DNA of 64,000 bases from Auanema rhodensis (GCA_964057225.1 OZ059900.1:2108001-2172000); one strand, 5' to 3'; shown: positions 26,301-41,900, counted from the first letter of the stretch. The notes: generated from the letters alone by a model not told the origin. Made by a program: numbers and translations.

Positions 26301-29300
26301 GAGAATCAAACATACAATACACAAAATCAGTCTATTTTTATGAGCTTGCACTGATATATATTCATTTTGATCAAAAAAGGTCGAAAATAGAAAGAATTTT
26401 TGAAATTTACGAGTTTTGAATCTAATTTGGCTAAATCGCTCATATATATGATCAAAAGCATAGTTTTACTGTCTATGATAACAAAAGTCTTCAAATATAC
26501 ACTAATAATGATTAAATCACTGAATTTCACTCAAATAGCATTACTACACTAAGTATGGTCGTTTTTATGCCTTTAACACCATATACTCACCGATTTTTGG
26601 TACAAAATCTGTGATACTCGTAAATTTTGATCATATTCGGTGAGATTCGAGAATCAAACACACAATACACGAAATAAGTTTATTTTTACGAGTTTGCACT
26701 GATATTTATTCATTTTGATCAAAAAAGGTCGAAAATAGAAAGAATTTTTGAAATTTCCGAGTTTTGAGTCTAATTTGGCTAAATCGCTCATATACATGAT
26801 CAGAAGCATAGTTTTATTGTCTATGACAACAAAAGTCATCAATTAAACGCTAGTGATGTTTAAATACTGATTTTCGCTCAAATAGCATTACTACACTAAG
26901 TATGGTCGTTTTTATGCCTTTAACACCATATACTCACCGATTTTTGGTACAAAATCTGTGATACTCGTAAATTTTGATCATATTCGGTGAGATTCGAGAA
27001 TCAAACACACAATACACGAAATAAGTCTATTTTTATGAGTTTGCACTGATATTTATTCATTTTGATCAAAAAAGGTCGAAAATAGAAAGAATTTTTGAAT
27101 TTTCCGAGTTTTGAGTCCAATTGGGCTAAATCGCTCATATATATGATCAAAAGCATAGTTTTATTGTCTATGACAACAAAAGTCATCAATTAAACGCTAG
27201 TGATGTTTAAATACTGAATTTCGCTCAAATAGCATTACTACACTAAGTATGGTCGTTTTTATGCCTTTAACACCATATACTCACCGATTTTTGGTACAAA
27301 ATCTGTGATACTCGTAAATTTTGATCATATTCGGTGAGATTCGAGGATCGAACACACAATACACGAAATAAGTTTATTTTGACGAGTTTGCACTGATATT
27401 TATTCATTTTGATCAAAAAAGGTCGAAAATAGAAAGAATTTTTGAAATTTCCGAGTTTTGAGTCTAATTTGGCTAAATCGCTCATATATATGATCAAAAG
27501 CATAGTTTTACTGTCTATGATAACAAAAGTCTTCAAATATACACTAATAATGATTTAATCACTGAATTTCACTCAAATAGCATTACTACACTAAGTATGG
27601 TCGTTTTTATGCCTTTAACACCATATACTCACCGATTTTTGGTACAAAATCTGTGATACTCGTAAATTCTGATCATATTTGGTGAGATTCGAGAATCAAA
27701 CACACAATACACGAAATAAATTTATTTTTACGAGTTTGCACTGATATTTATTCATTTTGATCAAAAAAGGTCGAAAATAGAAAGAATTTTTGAAATTTCC
27801 GAGTTTTGAGTCTAATTTGGCTAAATCGCTCATATATATGATCAAAAGCATAGTTTTACTGTCTATGATAACAAAAGTCTTCAAATATACACTAATAATG
27901 TGTAAATCACTGAATTTCACTCAAATAGCATTACTACACTAAGTATGGTCGTTTTTATGCCTTTAACACCATATACTCACCGATTTTTGGTACAAAATCT
28001 GTAATACTCGTAAATTTTGATCATATTCGTTAAGATTTGAGAATCAAACATACAATACACAAAATCAGTCTATTTTTATGAGCTTGCACTGATATATATT
28101 CATTTTGATCAAAAAAGGTCGAAAATAGAAAGAATTTTTGAAATTTACGAGTTTTGAATCTAATTTGGCTAAATCGCTCATATATATGATCAAAAGCATA
28201 GTTTTACTGTCTATGATAACAAAAGTCTTCAAATATACACTAATAATGATTAAATCACTGAATTTCACTCAAATAGCATTACTACACTAAGTATGGTCGT
28301 TTTTATGCCTTTAACACCATATACTCACCGATTTTTGGTACAAAATCTGTGATACTCGTAAATTTTGATCATATTCGGTGAGATTCGAGAATCAAACACA
28401 CAATACACGAAATAAGTTTATTTTTACGAGTTTGCACTGATATTTATTCATTTTGATCAAAAAAGGTCGAAAATAGAAAGAATTTTTGAAATTTCCGAGT
28501 TTTGAGTCTAATTTGGCTAAATCGCTCATATACATGATCAGAAGCATAGTTTTATTGTCTATGACAACAAAAGTCATCAATTAAACGCTAGTGATGTTTA
28601 AATACTGATTTTCGCTCAAATAGCATTACTACACTAAGTATGGTCGTTTTTATGCCTTTAACACCATATACTCACCGATTTTTGGTACAAAATCTGTGAT
28701 ACTCGTAAATTTTGATCATATTCGGTGAGATTCGAGAATCAAACACACAATACACGAAATAAGTCTATTTTTATGAGTTTGCACTGATATTTATTCATTT
28801 TGATCAAAAAAGGTCGAAAATAGAAAGAATTTTTGAATTTTCCGAGTTTTGAGTCCAATTGGGCTAAATCGCTCATATATATGATCAAAAGCATAGTTTT
28901 ATTGTCTATGACAACAAAAGTCATCAATTAAACGCTAGTGATGTTTAAATACTGAATTTCGCTCAAATAGCATTACTACACTAAGTATGGTCGTTTTTAT
29001 GCCTTTAACACCATATACTCACCGATTTTTGGTACAAAATCTGTGATACTCGTAAATTTTGATCATATTCGGTGAGATTCGAGGATCGAACACACAATAC
29101 ACGAAATAAGTTTATTTTGACGAGTTTGCACTGATATTTATTCATTTTGATCAAAAAAGGTCGAAAATAGAAAGAATTTTTGAAATTTCCGAGTTTTGAG
29201 TCTAATTTGGCTAAATCGCTCATATATATGATCAAAAGCATAGTTTTACTGTCTATGATAACAAAAGTCTTCAAATATACACTAATAATGATTTAATCAC

Positions 29301-29720
29301 TGAATTTCACTCAAATAGCATTACTACACTAAGTATGGTCGTTTTTATGCCTTTAACACCATATACTCACCGATTTTTGGTACAAAATCTGTGATACTCG
29401 TAAATTCTGATCATATTTGGTGAGATTCGAGAATCAAACACACAATACACGAAATAAATTTATTTTTACGAGTTTGCACTGATATTTATTCATTTTGATC
29501 AAAAAAGGTCGAAAATAGAAAGAATTTTTGAAATTTCCGAGTTTTGAGTCTAATTTGGCTAAATCGCTCATATATATGATCAAAAGCATAGTTTTACTGT
29601 CTATGATAACAAAAGTCTTCAAATATACACTAATAATGTGTAAATCACTGAATTTCACTCAAATAGCATTACTACACTAAGTATGGTCGTTTTTATGCCT
29701 TTAACACCATATACTCACCG
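23400..29720. repeat. 3-mer duplication followed by a 5-mer (1738 bp) x3
   Basis: ORF offsets 23547/24589 (1042); 24589/26327/28065 and 25529/27267/29005 (1738). Private GAAATAAATTT is shared by the last two copies (~27713, 29451). Confidence 0.9.
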
Positions 29721-32700
29721 ATTTTTGGTACAAAATCTGTGATACTCGTAAATTTTGATCATATTCGGTGAGATTCGAGAATCAAACACACAATACACGA
29801 AATAAGTTTATTTTTACGAGTTTGCACTGATATTTATTCATTTTGATCAAAAAAGGTCGAAAATAGAAAGAATTTTTGAAATTTCCCAGTTTTGAGTCCA
29901 ATTGGGCTAAATCGCTCATATATATGATCAAAAGCATAGTTTTACTGTCTATGATAACAAAAGTCTTCAAATATACACTAATAATGATTTAATCACTGAA
30001 TTTCACTCAAATAGCAATACTACACTAAGTATGGTCGTTTTTATGCCTTTAACACCATATACTCACCGATTTTTGGTACAAAATCTGTGATACTCGTAAA
30101 TTCTGATCATATTCGGTGAGATTCGAGAATCAAACACACAATACACGAAATAAGTTTATTTTTACGAGTTTGCACTGATATTTATTCATTTTGATCAAAA
30201 AAGGTCGAAAATAGAAAGAATTTTTGAAATTTCCGAGTTTTGAGTCTAATTTGGCTAAATCGCTCATATATATGATCAAAAGCATAGTTTTACTGTCTAT
30301 GATAACAAAAGTCTTCAAATATACACTAATAATGTGTAAATCACTGAATTTCACTCAAATAGCATTACTACACTAAGTATGGTCGTTTTTATGCCTTTAA
30401 CACCATATACTCACCGATTTTTGGTACAAAATCTGTGATACTCGTAAATTTTGATCATATTCGTTAAGATTCGAAAATCAAACACACAATACACGAAATA
30501 AGTTTATTTTTACAAGTTTGCACTGATATTTATTCATTTTGATCAAAAAAGGTCGAAAATAGAAAGAATTTTTGAAATTTCCGAGTTTTGAGTCTAATTT
30601 GGCTAAATCGCTCATATATATGATCAAAAGCATAGTTTTATTGTCTATGACAACAAAAGTCATCAATTAAACGCTAGTGATGTTTAAATACTGAATTTCG
30701 CTCAAATAGCATTACTACACTAAGTATGGTCGTTTTTATGCCTTTAACACCATATACTCACCGATTTTTGGTACAAAATCTGTAATACTCGTAAATTTTG
30801 ATCATATTCGGTGAGATTCGAGAATCAAACACACAATACACGAAATAAGTTTATTTTGACGAGTTTGCACTGATATTTATTCATTTTGATCAAAAAAGGT
30901 CGAAAATAGAAAGAATTTTTGAATTTTCCGAGTTTTGAGTCCAATTGGGCTAAATCGCTCATATATATGATCAAAAGCATAGTTTTACTGTCTATGATAA
31001 CAAAAGTCTTCAAATATACACTAATGATGTGTAAATCACTGAATTTCACTCAAATAGCTTTACTACACTAAGTATGGTCGTTTTTATGCCTTTAACACCA
31101 TATACTCACCGATTTTTGGTACAAAATCTGTAATACTCGTAAATTTTGATCATATTCGTTAAGATTTGAGAATCAAACATACAATACACAAAATCAGTCT
31201 ATTTTTATGAGCTTGCACTGATATATATTCATTTTGATCAAAAAAGGTCGAAAATAGAAAGAATTTTTGAAATTTCCGAGTTTTGAGTCTAATTTGGCTA
31301 AATCTCTCATATATATGATCAAAAGCATAGTTTTACTGTCTATGATAACAAAAGTCTTCAAATATACACTAATAATGTGTAAATCACTGAATTTCACTCA
31401 AATAGCTTTACTACACTAACTATGGTCGTTTTTATGCCTTTAACACCATATACTCAACGATTTTTGGTACAAAATCTGTAATACTCGTAAATTTTGATCA
31501 TATTCGTTAAGATTTGAGAATCAAACATACAATACACAAAATCAGTCTATTTTTATGAGCTTGCACTGATATATATTCATTTTGATCAAAAAAGGTCGAA
31601 AATAGAAAGAATTTTTGAAATTTCCGAGTTTTGAGTCTAATTTGGCTAAATCGCTCATATATATGATCAGAAGCATAGTTTTATTGTCTATGACAACAAA
31701 AATCATCAATTAAACGCTAGTGATGTTTAAATACTGATTTTCGCTCAAATAGCATTACTACACTAAGTATGGTCGTTTTTATGCCTTTAACACCATATAC
31801 TCACCGATTTTTGGTACAAAATCTGTGATACTCGTAAATTTTGATCATATTCGGTGAGATTCGAGGATCGAACACACAATACACGAAATAAGTTTATTTT
31901 GACGAGTTTGCACTGATATTTATTCATTTTGATCAAAAAAGGTCGAAAATAGAAAGAATTTTTGAAATTTCCGAGTTTTGAGTCTAATTTGGCTAAATCG
32001 CTCATATATATGATCAAAAGCATAGTTTTACTGTCTATGATAACAAAAGTCTTCAAATATACACTAATAATGATTTAATCACTGAATTTCACTCAAATAG
32101 CATTACTACACTAAGTATGGTCGTTTTTATGCCTTTAACACCATATACTCACCGATTTTTGGTACAAAATCTGTGATACTCGTAAATTCTGATCATATTT
32201 GGTGAGATTCGAGAATCAAACACACAATACACGAAATAAGTTTATTTTTACGAGTTTGCACTGATATTTATTCATTTTGATCAAAAAAGGTCGAAAATAG
32301 AAAGAATTTTTGAAATTTCCGAGTTTTGAGTCTAATTTGGCTAAATCGCTCATATATATGATCAAAAGCATAGTTTTACTGTCTATGATAACAAAAGTCT
32401 TCAAATATACACTAATAATGTGTAAATCACTGAATTTCACTCAAATAGCATTACTACACTAAGTATGGTCGTTTTTATGCCTTTAACACCATATACTCAC
32501 CGATTTTTGGTACAAAATCTGTGATACTCGTAAATTTTGATCATATTCGGTGAGATTCGAGAATCAAACACACAATACACGAAATAAGTTTATTTTTACG
32601 AGTTTGCACTGATATTTATTCATTTTGATCAAAAAAGGTCGAAAATAGAAAGAATTTTTGAAATTTCCGAGTTTTGAGTCTAATTTGGCTAAATCGCTCA

Positions 32701-35700
32701 TATATATGATCAAAAGCATAGTTTTATTGTCTATGACAACAAAAGTCATCAATTAAACGCTAGTGATGTTTAAATACTGAATTTCGCTCAAATAGCATTA
32801 CTACACTAAGTATGGTCGTTTTCATGCCTTTAACACCATATACTCACCGATTTTTGGTACAAAATCTGTAATACTCGTAAATTTTGATCATATTCGTTAA
32901 GATTTGAGAATCAAACATACAATACACAAAATCAGTCTATTTTTATGAGCTTGCACTGATATATATTCATTTTGATCAAAAAAGGTCGAAAATAGAAAGA
33001 ATTTTTGAAATTTACGAGTTTTGAGTCTAATTTGGCTAAATCGCTCATATATATGATCAGAAGCATAGTTTTATTGTCTATGACAACGAAAGTCATTAAT
33101 TAAACACTAATGATGTTTAAATCACTAAATTTCGCTCAAATAGCATTACTACACTAAGTATGGTCGTTTTTATGCCTTTAACACCATATACTCACCGATT
33201 TTTGGTACAAAATCTGTGATACTCGTAAATTTTGATCATATTCGTTAAGATTCGAAAATCAAACACACAATACACGAAATAAGTTTATTTTTACAAGTTT
33301 GCACTGATATTTATTCATTTTGATCAAAAAAGGTCGAAAATAGAAAGAATTTTTGAAATTTCCGAGTTTTGAGTCTAATTTGGCTAAATCGCTCATATAT
33401 ATGATCAAAAGCATAGTTTTACTGTCTATGATAACAAAAGTCTTCAAATATACACTAATAATGATTAAATCACTGAATTTCACTCAAATAGCATTACTAC
33501 ACTAAGTATGGTCGTTTTTATGCCTTTAACACCATATACTCACCGATTTTTGGTACAAAATCTGTAATACTCGTAAATTTTGATCATATTCGGTGAGATT
33601 CGAGAATCAAACACACAATACACGAAATAAGTTTATTTTGACGAGTTTGCACTGATATTTATTCATTTTGATCAAAAAAGGTCGAAAATAGAAAGAATTT
33701 TTGAATTTTCCGAGTTTTGAGTCCAATTGGGCTAAATCGCTCATATATATGATCAAAAGCATAGTTTTACTGTCTATGATAACAAAAGTCTTCAAATATA
33801 CACTAATGATGTGTAAATCACTGAATTTCACTCAAATAGCTTTACTACACTAAGTATGGTCGTTTTTATGCCTTTAACACCATATACTCACCGATTTTTG
33901 GTACAAAATCTGTAATACTCGTAAATTTTGATCATATTCGTTAAGATTTGAGAATCAAACATACAATACACAAAATCAGTCTATTTTTATGAGCTTGCAC
34001 TGATATATATTCATTTTGATCAAAAAAGGTCGAAAATAGAAAGAATTTTTGAAATTTCCGAGTTTTGAGTCTAATTTGGCTAAATCTCTCATATATATGA
34101 TCAAAAGCATAGTTTTACTGTCTATGATAACAAAAGTCTTCAAATATACACTAATAATGTGTAAATCACTGAATTTCACTCAAATAGCTTTACTACACTA
34201 ACTATGGTCGTTTTTATGCCTTTAACACCATATACTCAACGATTTTTGGTACAAAATCTGTAATACTCGTAAATTTTGATCATATTCGTTAAGATTTGAG
34301 AATCAAACATACAATACACAAAATCAGTCTATTTTTATGAGCTTGCACTGATATATATTCATTTTGATCAAAAAAGGTCGAAAATAGAAAGAATTTTTGA
34401 AATTTCCGAGTTTTGAGTCTAATTTGGCTAAATCGCTCATATATATGATCAGAAGCATAGTTTTATTGTCTATGACAACAAAAATCATCAATTAAACGCT
34501 AGTGATGTTTAAATACTGATTTTCGCTCAAATAGCATTACTACACTAAGTATGGTCGTTTTTATGCCTTTAACACCATATACTCACCGATTTTTGGTACA
34601 AAATCTGTAATACTCGTAAAATTTGATCATATTTGTTAAGATTTGAGAATCAAACACACAATACACAAAATCAGTCTATTTTTATGAGTTTACACTGATA
34701 TATATTCATTTTCATCAAAAAAGGTCGAAAATAGAAAGAATTTTTGAAATTTCCGAGTTTTGAGTCTAATTTGGCTAAATCGCTCATATACATGATCAGA
34801 AGCATAGTTTTATTGTCTATGACAACAAAAATCATCAATTAAACGCTAGTGATGTTTAAATACTGATTTTCGCTCAAGTAGCATTACTACACTAAGTATG
34901 GTCGTTTTTATGCCTTTAACACCATATACTCACCGATTTTTGGTACAAAATCTGTAATACTCGTAAATTTTGATCATATTCGTTAAGATTTGAAAATCAA
35001 ACACACAATAAACAAAATCAGTCTATTTTTATGAGTTTGCACTGATATATATTCATTTTGATCAAAAAAGGTCGAAAATAGAAAGAATTTTTGAATTTTC
35101 CGAGTTTTGAGTCCAATTGGGCTAAATCGCTCATATATATGATCAAAAGCATAGTTTTACTGTCTATGATAACAAAAGTCTTCAAATATACACTAATAAT
35201 GATCAAATCACTGAATTTCACTCAAATAGCATTACTACACTAAGTATGGTCGTTTTTATGCCTTTAACACCATATACTCACCGATTTTTGGTACAAAATC
35301 TGTGATACTCGTAAATTTTGATCATATTCGTTAAGATTTGAGAATCAAACATACAATACACAAAATCAGTCTATTTTTATGAGCTTGCACTGATATATAT
35401 TCATTTTGATCAAAAAAGGTCGAAAATAGAATGAATTTTTGAAATTTCCGAGTTTTGAGTCTAATTTGGCTAAATCGCTCATATATATGATCAAAAGCAT
35501 AGTTTTACTGTCTATGATAACAAAAGTCTTCAAATATACACTAATAATGATTAAATCACTGATTTTCAGTCAAATAGCATTACTACACTAAGTATGGTCG
35601 TTTTTATGCCTTTAACACCATATACTCACCGATTTTTGGTACAAAATCTGTAATACTTGTAAATTTTGATCATATTTGTTAAGATTCGAGAATCAAACAC

Positions 35701-37191
35701 ATAATACACGAAATAAGTCTATTTTTACAAGTTTGCACTGATATTTATTCATTTTGATCAAAAAAGGTCGAAAATAGAAAAAATTTTTGAAATTTCCGAG
35801 TTTTGAGTCCAATTTGGCTAAATCGCTCATATATAAGATCAAAAGCATAGTTTTATTGTCTATAACAACAAAAGTCATCAATTAAACGCTAGTGATATTT
35901 AAATACTGATTTTCGCTCAAGTAGCATTACTACACTAAGTATGGTCGTTTTCATGCCTTTAACACCATATACTCACCGATTTTTGGTACAAAATCTGTAA
36001 TACTTGTAAATTTTGATCATATTCGTTAAGATTTGAGAATCGAACATACAATACACAAAATCGGTCTATTTTTATGAGCTTGCACTGATATATATTCATT
36101 TTGATCAAAAAAGGTCGAAAATAGAATGAATTTTTGAAATTTCCGAGTTTTGAGTCTAATTTGGCTAAATCGCTCATATATATGATCAAAAGCATAGTTT
36201 TACTGTCTGTGATAACAAAAGTCTTCAAATATACACTAATAATGATTAAATCACTGATTTTCAGTCAAATAGCATTACTACACTAAGTATGGTCGTTTTT
36301 ATGCCTTTAACACCATATACTCACCGATTTTTGGTACAAAATCTGTAATACTTGTAAATTTTGATCATATTTGTTAAGATTCGAGAATCAAACACATAAT
36401 ACACGAAATAAGTCTATTTTTACAAGTTTGCACTGATATTTATTCATTTTGATCAAAAAAGGTCGAAAATAGAAAAAATTTTTGAAATTTCCGAGTTTTG
36501 AGTCCAATTTGGCTAAATCGCTCATATATAAGATCAAAAGCATAGTTTTATTGTCTATGACAACAAAAATCATCAATTAAACGCTAATGTGTAAATCACT
36601 GAATTTCACTCAAATAGCATTACTACACTAAGTATGGTCGTTTTCATGCCTTTAACACCATATACTCACCGATTTTTGGTACAAAATCTGTAATACTTGT
36701 AAATTTTGATCATATTCGTTAAGATTTGAGAATCAAACATACAATACACAAAATCGGTCTATTTTTATGAGCTTGCACTGATATATATTCATTTTGATCA
36801 AAAAAGGTCGAAAATAGAAAGAATTTTTGAAATTTCCGAGTTTTGAGTCTAATTTGGCTAAATCGCTCATATATATGATCAGAAGCATAGTTTTAATGTC
36901 TATGACAACAAAAATCATCAATTAAACGCTAGTGATGTTTAAATACTGATTTTCGCTCAAATAGCATTACTACACTAAGTATGGTCGTTTTTATGCTTTT
37001 AACACCATATACTCACCGATTTTTGGTACAAAATCTGTAATACTCGTAAAATTTGATCATATTTGTTAAGATTTGAGAATCAAACACACAATACACAAAA
37101 TCAGTCTATTTTTATGAGTTTACACTGATATATATTCATTTTCATCAAAAAAGGTCGAAAATAGAAAGAATTTTTGAATTTTCCGAGTTTT

Positions 37192-37220
37192 GAGTCGAAT
37201 TGGTAAACTCGTAAATTTTG
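37192..37220. other. Out-of-phase junction, copy 1 (net -183 bp relative to monomer phase)
   Basis: Reads GAGTCGAATTGG-TAA-ACTCGTAAATTTTGATC. Monomer position ~21 is joined to ~208 with 3 extra nt. ORF step 36733 to 37245 is 512 instead of 695. Confidence 0.95.
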
Positions 37221-38944
37221 ATCATATTCGTTAAGATTCGAAAATCAAACACACAATACACGAAATAAGTTTATTTTTACAAGTTTGCACTGATATTTAT
37301 TCATTTTGATCAAAAAAGGTCGAAAATAGAAAGAATTTTTGAAATTTCCGAGTTTTGAGTCTAATTTGGCTAAATCGCTCATATATATGATCAAAAGCAT
37401 AGTTTTACTGTCTATGATAACAAAAGTCTTCAAATATACACTAATAATGTTTAAATACTGATTTTCGCTCAAATAGCATTACTACACTAAGTATGGTCGT
37501 TTTTATGCCTTTAACACCATATACTCACCGATTTTTGGTACAAAATCTGTGATACTCGTAAATTTTGATCATATTCGGTGAGATTCGAGGATCGAACACA
37601 CAATACACGAAATAAGTTTATTTTGACGAGTTTGCACTGATATTTATTCATTTTGATCAAAAAAGGTCGAAAATAGAAAGAATTTTTGAAATTTCCGAGT
37701 TTTGAGTCTAATTTGGCTAAATCGCTCATATATATGATCAAAAGCATAGTTTTACTGTCTATGATAACAAAAGTCTTCAAATATACACTAATAATGATTT
37801 AATCACTGAATTTCACTCAAATAGCATTACTACACTAAGTATGGTCGTTTTTATGCCTTTAACACCATATACTCACCGATTTTTGGTACAAAATCTGTGA
37901 TACTCGTAAATTCTGATCATATTTGGTGAGATTCGAGAATCAAACACACAATACACGAAATAAGTTTATTTTTACGAGTTTGCACTGATATTTATTCATT
38001 TTGATCAAAAAAGGTCGAAAATAGAAAGAATTTTTGAAATTTCCGAGTTTTGAGTCTAATTTGGCTAAATCGCTCATATATATGATCAAAAGCATAGTTT
38101 TACTGTCTATGATAACAAAAGTCTTCAAATATACACTAATAATGTGTAAATCACTGAATTTCACTCAAATAGCATTACTACACTAAGTATGGTCGTTTTT
38201 ATGCCTTTAACACCATATACTCACCGATTTTTGGTACAAAATCTGTGATACTCGTAAATTTTGATCATATTCGGTGAGATTCGAGAATCAAACACACAAT
38301 ACACGAAATAAGTTTATTTTTACGAGTTTGCACTGATATTTATTCATTTTGATCAAAAAAGGTCGAAAATAGAAAGAATTTTTGAAATTTCCGAGTTTTG
38401 AGTCTAATTTGGCTAAATCGCTCATATATATGATCAAAAGCATAGTTTTATTGTCTATGACAACAAAAGTCATCAATTAAACGCTAGTGATGTTTAAATA
38501 CTGAATTTCGCTCAAATAGCATTACTACACTAAGTATGGTCGTTTTTATGCCTTTAACACCATATACTCACCGATTTTTGGTACAAAATCTGTAATACTC
38601 GTAAATTTTGATCATATTCGTTAAGATTTGAGAATCAAACATACAATACACAAAATCAGTCTATTTTTATGAGCTTGCACTGATATATATTCATTTTGAT
38701 CAAAAAAGGTCGAAAATAGAAAGAATTTTTGAAATTTACGAGTTTTGAGTCTAATTTGGCTAAATCGCTCATATATATGATCAGAAGCATAGTTTTATTG
38801 TCTATGACAACGAAAGTCATTAATTAAACACTAATGATGTTTAAATCACTAAATTTCGCTCAAATAGCATTACTACACTAAGTATGGTCGTTTTTATGCC
38901 TTTAACACCATATACTCACCGATTTTTGGTACAAAATCTGTGAT

Positions 38945-41900
38945 ACTCGTAAATTTTGATCATATTCGTTAAGATTCGAAAATCAAACACACAATACACG
39001 AAATAAGTTTATTTTTACAAGTTTGCACTGATATTTATTCATTTTGATCAAAAAAGGTCGAAAATAGAAAGAATTTTTGAAATTTCCGAGTTTTGAGTCT
39101 AATTTGGCTAAATCGCTCATATATATGATCAAAAGCATAGTTTTACTGTCTATGATAACAAAAGTCTTCAAATATACACTAATAATGATTAAATCACTGA
39201 ATTTCACTCAAATAGCATTACTACACTAAGTATGGTCGTTTTTATGCCTTTAACACCATATACTCACCGATTTTTGGTACAAAATCTGTAATACTCGTAA
39301 ATTTTGATCATATTCGGTGAGATTCGAGAATCAAACACACAATACACGAAATAAGTTTATTTTGACGAGTTTGCACTGATATTTATTCATTTTGATCAAA
39401 AAAGGTCGAAAATAGAAAGAATTTTTGAATTTTCCGAGTTTTGAGTCCAATTGGGCTAAATCGCTCATATATATGATCAAAAGCATAGTTTTACTGTCTA
39501 TGATAACAAAAGTCTTCAAATATACACTAATGATGTGTAAATCACTGAATTTCACTCAAATAGCTTTACTACACTAAGTATGGTCGTTTTTATGCCTTTA
39601 ACACCATATACTCACCGATTTTTGGTACAAAATCTGTAATACTCGTAAATTTTGATCATATTCGTTAAGATTTGAGAATCAAACATACAATACACAAAAT
39701 CAGTCTATTTTTATGAGCTTGCACTGATATATATTCATTTTGATCAAAAAAGGTCGAAAATAGAAAGAATTTTTGAAATTTCCGAGTTTTGAGTCTAATT
39801 TGGCTAAATCTCTCATATATATGATCAAAAGCATAGTTTTACTGTCTATGATAACAAAAGTCTTCAAATATACACTAATAATGTGTAAATCACTGAATTT
39901 CACTCAAATAGCTTTACTACACTAACTATGGTCGTTTTTATGCCTTTAACACCATATACTCAACGATTTTTGGTACAAAATCTGTAATACTCGTAAATTT
40001 TGATCATATTCGTTAAGATTTGAGAATCAAACATACAATACACAAAATCAGTCTATTTTTATGAGCTTGCACTGATATATATTCATTTTGATCAAAAAAG
40101 GTCGAAAATAGAAAGAATTTTTGAAATTTCCGAGTTTTGAGTCTAATTTGGCTAAATCGCTCATATATATGATCAGAAGCATAGTTTTATTGTCTATGAC
40201 AACAAAAATCATCAATTAAACGCTAGTGATGTTTAAATACTGATTTTCGCTCAAATAGCATTACTACACTAAGTATGGTCGTTTTTATGCCTTTAACACC
40301 ATATACTCACCGATTTTTGGTACAAAATCTGTAATACTCGTAAAATTTGATCATATTTGTTAAGATTTGAGAATCAAACACACAATACACAAAATCAGTC
40401 TATTTTTATGAGTTTACACTGATATATATTCATTTTCATCAAAAAAGGTCGAAAATAGAAAGAATTTTTGAAATTTCCGAGTTTTGAGTCTAATTTGGCT
40501 AAATCGCTCATATACATGATCAGAAGCATAGTTTTATTGTCTATGACAACAAAAATCATCAATTAAACGCTAGTGATGTTTAAATACTGATTTTCGCTCA
40601 AGTAGCATTACTACACTAAGTATGGTCGTTTTTATGCCTTTAACACCATATACTCACCGATTTTTGGTACAAAATCTGTAATACTCGTAAATTTTGATCA
40701 TATTCGTTAAGATTTGAAAATCAAACACACAATAAACAAAATCAGTCTATTTTTATGAGTTTGCACTGATATATATTCATTTTGATCAAAAAAGGTCGAA
40801 AATAGAAAGAATTTTTGAATTTTCCGAGTTTTGAGTCCAATTGGGCTAAATCGCTCATATATATGATCAAAAGCATAGTTTTACTGTCTATGATAACAAA
40901 AGTCTTCAAATATACACTAATAATGATCAAATCACTGAATTTCACTCAAATAGCATTACTACACTAAGTATGGTCGTTTTTATGCCTTTAACACCATATA
41001 CTCACCGATTTTTGGTACAAAATCTGTGATACTCGTAAATTTTGATCATATTCGTTAAGATTTGAGAATCAAACATACAATACACAAAATCAGTCTATTT
41101 TTATGAGCTTGCACTGATATATATTCATTTTGATCAAAAAAGGTCGAAAATAGAATGAATTTTTGAAATTTCCGAGTTTTGAGTCTAATTTGGCTAAATC
41201 GCTCATATATATGATCAAAAGCATAGTTTTACTGTCTATGATAACAAAAGTCTTCAAATATACACTAATAATGATTAAATCACTGATTTTCAGTCAAATA
41301 GCATTACTACACTAAGTATGGTCGTTTTTATGCCTTTAACACCATATACTCACCGATTTTTGGTACAAAATCTGTAATACTTGTAAATTTTGATCATATT
41401 TGTTAAGATTCGAGAATCAAACACATAATACACGAAATAAGTCTATTTTTACAAGTTTGCACTGATATTTATTCATTTTGATCAAAAAAGGTCGAAAATA
41501 GAAAAAATTTTTGAAATTTCCGAGTTTTGAGTCCAATTTGGCTAAATCGCTCATATATAAGATCAAAAGCATAGTTTTATTGTCTATAACAACAAAAGTC
41601 ATCAATTAAACGCTAGTGATATTTAAATACTGATTTTCGCTCAAGTAGCATTACTACACTAAGTATGGTCGTTTTCATGCCTTTAACACCATATACTCAC
41701 CGATTTTTGGTACAAAATCTGTAATACTTGTAAATTTTGATCATATTCGTTAAGATTTGAGAATCGAACATACAATACACAAAATCGGTCTATTTTTATG
41801 AGCTTGCACTGATATATATTCATTTTGATCAAAAAAGGTCGAAAATAGAATGAATTTTTGAAATTTCCGAGTTTTGAGTCTAATTTGGCTAAATCGCTCA

